Positions 59,877 to 64,000 of a stretch of 64,000 bases of DNA are shown here, one piece after another (position 1 is the stretch's first letter; each line of letters starts with the position of its first letter). The position numbers and the translations under genes were made by a program. Location: NCBI GenBank assembly GCA_030295235.1, contig AP026133.1, forward strand, positions 1,240,001 through 1,304,000. The letters are read 5' to 3'. The notes under the pieces are model-generated. The model was not told where the DNA came from. It saw only the letters and a program-made list of their open reading frames with translations, and did no database searches. Source of the stretch: Fistulifera solaris. Its lineage: Eukaryota.

Positions 59877-60991
59877 ATGTCATTTTCAAAGCATCTTCGT
59901 CATAAATTCATTATCGAATTCTTCATGGCCTTTTCCGTATTTTGTCGACGAGGCGGAGGAAGCATTTTACGCGGTGCTGCTGCTTGGTCATCTCCAGATG
60001 TCACTCTGAGTCGCTGTTGTAAAGTTTCCTTGTTTTCCTCCCTTAAAACAAAGTATTCTGCTTGTTCACCATCGACTATACCTACAAGACAACAACAACT
60101 GCAACAACACCGCTTCTTTAGTCGACACTTGTTTTTATCGACGACCGATGACGATGATTACAATACGAATGGCTCACAAGATTCAAAAACAATCGACAGT
60201 ACTTGGGATATTTCTGGTTTAAAAAAAGAAGTGAATCGATTGATTACACGTTCACATAAGAAAATAGGAAAAGCGAGCCAACGACTGACAAAAGCGAAAG
60301 TGCAGGTAGAAGAGTTACTGACGACACCAAAGATGCCACTCGAACGATTGGAAGAATGCCCCGATGTAGAAAGCTTGGAATTTGAACTCAATGAGTTACA
60401 AGTTCGTTTGGATGGTTTGAATCAGTTAGAGTCAATGTTGGGGAGTGTCAAAAACAAAAGGACACAGTCTTGCCGCCCGACATGGCGACCCTTGCTGTGC
60501 AATTGGGCGTCAACGATCATCCTCCCGCGCGCCTACCGAGAGGTCCACCCAAACCAAAAGGCCCTCGAACGCAAGACACGAGTCGCAAACCGTATCGGCG
60601 TTATTATTCGTTAAATGGTACGGAAATTCGTGTCGGTAAAAAGGCAGAAGACAATGACGAACTCTCGTTAAACCCCAAATACCGGGATGGATCGGATTGG
60701 TGGATGCATGCTTCGGGTTGTCCCGGAAGTCATGTGGTGATTCGGTGGCCGGAGGATAGAATGCCCGACAATGAAGTTCTTCAAGATGCAGCCTCACTGG
60801 CCGCGCGACAGTCCAAGTGTCAAGGGAGCGTCATTAAAGTTTCCTTGACACGATGTCGAGACATTAAAAAACCGCCTGGTGCGAAAGCAGGTCTAGTCAT
60901 GCTTACAGGTAAAGTTCAAACCATCTCGGTCAACATGAGAGAAGCTGAAAGTCGCTTGGAAAGACTCGAATCGACCGTGTTAGTGAACTAG
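59877..60991 (+). CDS. NFACT RNA-binding (DUF814) domain protein (frameshift in an A-run at ~60455)
   Basis: IRVGKKAEDNDELS...DWWMHASGCPGSHVVIR...DAASLAARQSK...IKKPPGAKAGLV. Confidence 0.85.
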
Positions 60992-61556
60992 CTTAGAAGT
61001 GTTGCTACAAGAATAGCTATCAAGTTCAAAGCATTCAAGTACGGTGGGAACTTCAAAGATTCAGTTCTCGTAACTTAGGCCTTGCTTGGCGCTAGTGCAG
61101 GTATCAAAGCTCCACAGTATACTATGCTACAAATAGTAGTCTACTTTTTCTCCGACGGAATCGTTTGTTAGTCACGGATATAATTTTAGCAGACATTACT
61201 ACTTCAATCCTTTCCCACGCTGCGTAAACAATATCATAGCCATGATGTGAGATACTTACTTCAAGAATTTATTCTTGCTAGCAAGTAAGATAAACGCTTG
61301 GAAAAACACTGAAAGATATATATTTTTTATTAAAGTGGGTACTATTCATTCAGAATCGACAATCGACGTCATAATTTTTCTTTGCGGTCTGGCTGTTGTA
61401 CGAGGAAAGATCGCGTAAGCGCAGCCAATAGCCAACAACAAGAAAGCATCAAAGAACAAAGCGGAAATAAATATATATCGTCACTCCTAGACTAATCTAC
61501 CCAAACATTCATTTTATTTCATTCGTATTCACCTACAACAACAACAAAGTAACAGC

Positions 61557-61898
61557 ATGAGCTCTCCGGCGGCAACAATATCCACAAATGGCGGTGCACC
61601 GGCCGCTCCGGCACCCATTCAGCGAGGTGTCGAATATCGCTGCGGTGATTGCGGCTCGTTGAATAATATCAAAGGAGGCGATCCAGTGCGATGTCGCCAG
61701 TGTGGTTTTCGAATTTTGTACAAGATTCGTACGAAACGATGTGAGTTTTTGATTTTGCTGTTGAAATTGTAGAGAAGAAGGACACTTTGAAGAGACTGTT
61801 CGGCGTTTCGTTCTGATGCCAGTTCTCTTTCCCTCGAGCTCACGCTTCATCTCACCCGTTTGATACTTTCCACAGTGATTCAATTCGAAGCGCGATAG
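61557..61898 (+). CDS. RPB12: RNA polymerase I/II/III subunit RPABC4; exons 61557-61740 and 61876-61898
   Basis: YRCGDCG...[18 protein letters not shown]^LIQFEAR*; GTGAGT...CAG intron. Confidence 0.95.
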
Positions 61899-62695
61899 TT
61901 CGACCATATCAAAAGAAATGACAAATGGATAATGTCGATGTATGTTAAAAGGAAAACAAAAACCGATGGAGAGAAAACCAAGGTCGCTCGATGAAATCTG
62001 ATTAGCGATGACAGTTATGGCTGGTATTCCCTTTCTATTCATTCACGATTTTAGATTGTGGATACATGTAGGGGTTGTTTTTACGAAGAATATAAATTAC
62101 TCTCTTCGGTCTTCGTGCGATGAAAAACGTTTATCGAAAAACAAACAATCTTGATAGTGCTCATGTTTGCGTGTGAGCGATGCCCCAGAAAATGGAAGGC
62201 AATTGCGCTCTGCATACTGTTACTCCGCATTGCCTTTACGGAAAGGAGAGCCACTTGATAGTGAATACTTCCTTCCTCTTTGTGGGTCTCGCCCATGAAA
62301 TTAATGCAACTACATCATTGTCGGAGATTTCATGTGTATAGTTTTCGTTTCTGTCATCCTAATATGAGAACGTTCGTAGCGCGAGGAACAAAAGCCAATC
62401 GTCCCGTTTCGTCCGATTCGCATACACATTCAAACTTGACTTGTCCTCCGCTAACTGAACAAGGTCGCACATAGCGTCAGAACATCTTCCGCTAACGCTG
62501 TCCCCGCCAGCTATGACGTCGAGCCGGGCTTCAAGTCAGTGTTTCCGCAAATATTTATTATTCTTGTTGCGATCCTTCTTTCGTCTTCACCAAACGTCCT
62601 TGCTAGAGCGGCTTACCCATAGTATCCAGGACAGGCGTTTTGCATTCTGCGTACTCGTCTCACCCGCACTCCATCGCGCCAAGTGTTTCCTTTGC

Positions 62696-63892
62696 CTAAT
62701 TATTTTGGGGCACTGGCTTCAGGTCGGGAAATCGCGATGGATTGAAATCTCTGATATTCAGGCGAGTCGTACCAGTGGCTATCAGATCAGCGATGCATTC
62801 CCCAGTAGCGGGACCCCAGAGTATTCCCCAGCAATTGTTGCCACTTGCCATATAACAATTCTCTCCCCCTGCTTCCTCTTTTGATAAAGCTCCGATAACT
62901 GGTAAGAAGTCAGATGTGACGGGTTGATAGCAAGCGGATTGAAGTACTGGATCACCACAAAGCAGACCCTCTGTTCCGGAGCATCCACGCACGGCTTCTA
63001 GTACCCCATCGATCACGTCTGCTTCAACTGTTTCTTTCCCGGGCTCTTCTGTGACTAGCTTGAGTTCACCAGCTAGTGCGGTACAAAAGGCCGTGTTGTT
63101 CGGTCTCACATACACTTCACATTCCGTGCCTCCGTCGTCATCGTCATCGTCGTCGTTATAAAAGAATACAACCTGACTGAGAGTTCTTTCGGTCGGAATC
63201 GTTACAGCATGGCCTTTGATACCGTACATGATGTTTGCTGACCAAGGGCCACAAGCGTACAGCAATGCGTCACCACGGACCGTTCGACCATCATCTAACT
63301 TGGCTCCAATGAAATTCCCAGTTTCGTCATCGTGAACAGCATTCATGACTCTACCCTTCACTAGGACACCTCCCCTTCTTTGCACCTCTTCCCATAGCTT
63401 TTCGCACAAAAGCTTGGGTGTTACCTGCGCAATATTGGTTTCGTTGCCCATATCTTGCACACTCCGAATAAATAGTTCATTGCTCTCGCGATCCAACCAT
63501 TCGAGTTTAACCTCTTTAATGCTCTCTGTTATTCGTTTCGGCTTCTTCATTTTGGTAGATTGATTTACTGCTACACATGTTAACCTTCTGTACTGTATTG
63601 AATCCGCCCCAAACGCATCTGCCAACTCTTGATGCAGATAAAAGGATCGATGCGACAATTCTTCAGTCAGAGTCCCATCGGACCAGTGGCGGGCCAAGAA
63701 ACCGGCCGCTTTCCCTGACGCACCCGGAGCAATCGTTCCGCTCCAATCGACGAGGACTGATCGTATATTGTATTTCGTTGCCAGGTAGTAAGCAGTTGAC
63801 AATCCTGTAATGCCAGCCCCAACAATCACAACGTGTTGCGGTTTGGGTGGATTCTCAATATTCTTTCGAACGGATTGTCGAGTTGTTCGCAT
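62696..63892 (-). CDS. FAD-dependent oxidoreductase (DAO family, TDA3-like)
   Basis: VVIVGAGITGLSTAYYL, ASGKAAGFLA, ACGPWS, GNNCWGILWGPATG. Confidence 0.9.
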   Translation of the reverse strand: MRTTRQSVRKNIENPPKPQHVVIVGAGITGLSTAYYLATKYNIRSVLVDWSGTIAPGASGKAAGFLARHWSDGTLTEELSHRSFYLHQELADAFGADSIQYRRLTCVAVNQSTKMKKPKRITESIKEVKLEWLDRESNELFIRSVQDMGNETNIAQVTPKLLCEKLWEEVQRRGGVLVKGRVMNAVHDDETGNFIGAKLDDGRTVRGDALLYACGPWSANIMYGIKGHAVTIPTERTLSQVVFFYNDDDDDDDGGTECEVYVRPNNTAFCTALAGELKLVTEEPGKETVEADVIDGVLEAVRGCSGTEGLLCGDPVLQSACYQPVTSDFLPVIGALSKEEAGGENCYMASGNNCWGILWGPATGECIADLIATGTTRLNIRDFNPSRFPDLKPVPQNN

Positions 63893-64000
63893 GACTTTTT
63901 CGCTGATAGTACATATGCCTGCAAATACGCTGTTGTTTCCTCAATAAAAGGAATGCCTTGGACGTTATGAGAACCTTCACCTGATTTTTGCAAAACGTTT

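Noticed and set aside
1..64000. tRNA, rRNA or telomeric repeats
   Set aside because: None recognised by eye; a covariance-model scan would be needed to exclude small RNAs

Overview
Eukaryotic, gene-dense, intron-poor DNA. The gene content points to a diatom, probably a raphid pennate: bipartite plastid-type leaders, NTT transporters, a GH16 KRE6-like transglycosylase, and diatom-type BTB, LRR and HA families. Recognisable host genes are MAK16, RPB12, TMEM19/DUF92, two NTT/TLC transporters, an AFG2/SPATA5-like AAA ATPase, a SAM methyltransferase, an NFACT-R protein, a DAO-type oxidoreductase, a glutaredoxin and a ~2,070-aa membrane LRR protein. Three mobile elements can be delimited by eye: (1) a young 5.0-kb Ty3/Gypsy LTR retrotransposon (25360-30372); (2) a 3.2-kb MULE-like element with perfect 130-bp TIRs and a 9-bp TSD, carrying a decayed Ulp1-type protease (48531-51727); (3) a TA-flanked pair of inverted termini (16825/17055-19886) enclosing an intact BTB/POZ gene. 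The most striking finding is a small membrane-anchored precursor (45271-45825, minus strand) made of five His-rich peptides separated by diatom-type RXL processing motifs and conserved at the protein level. It is a candidate system for making secreted metal-binding peptides. Many frameshifts sit in homopolymer runs and are probably long-read assembly errors. All calls come from reading the sequence; no database searches were run.
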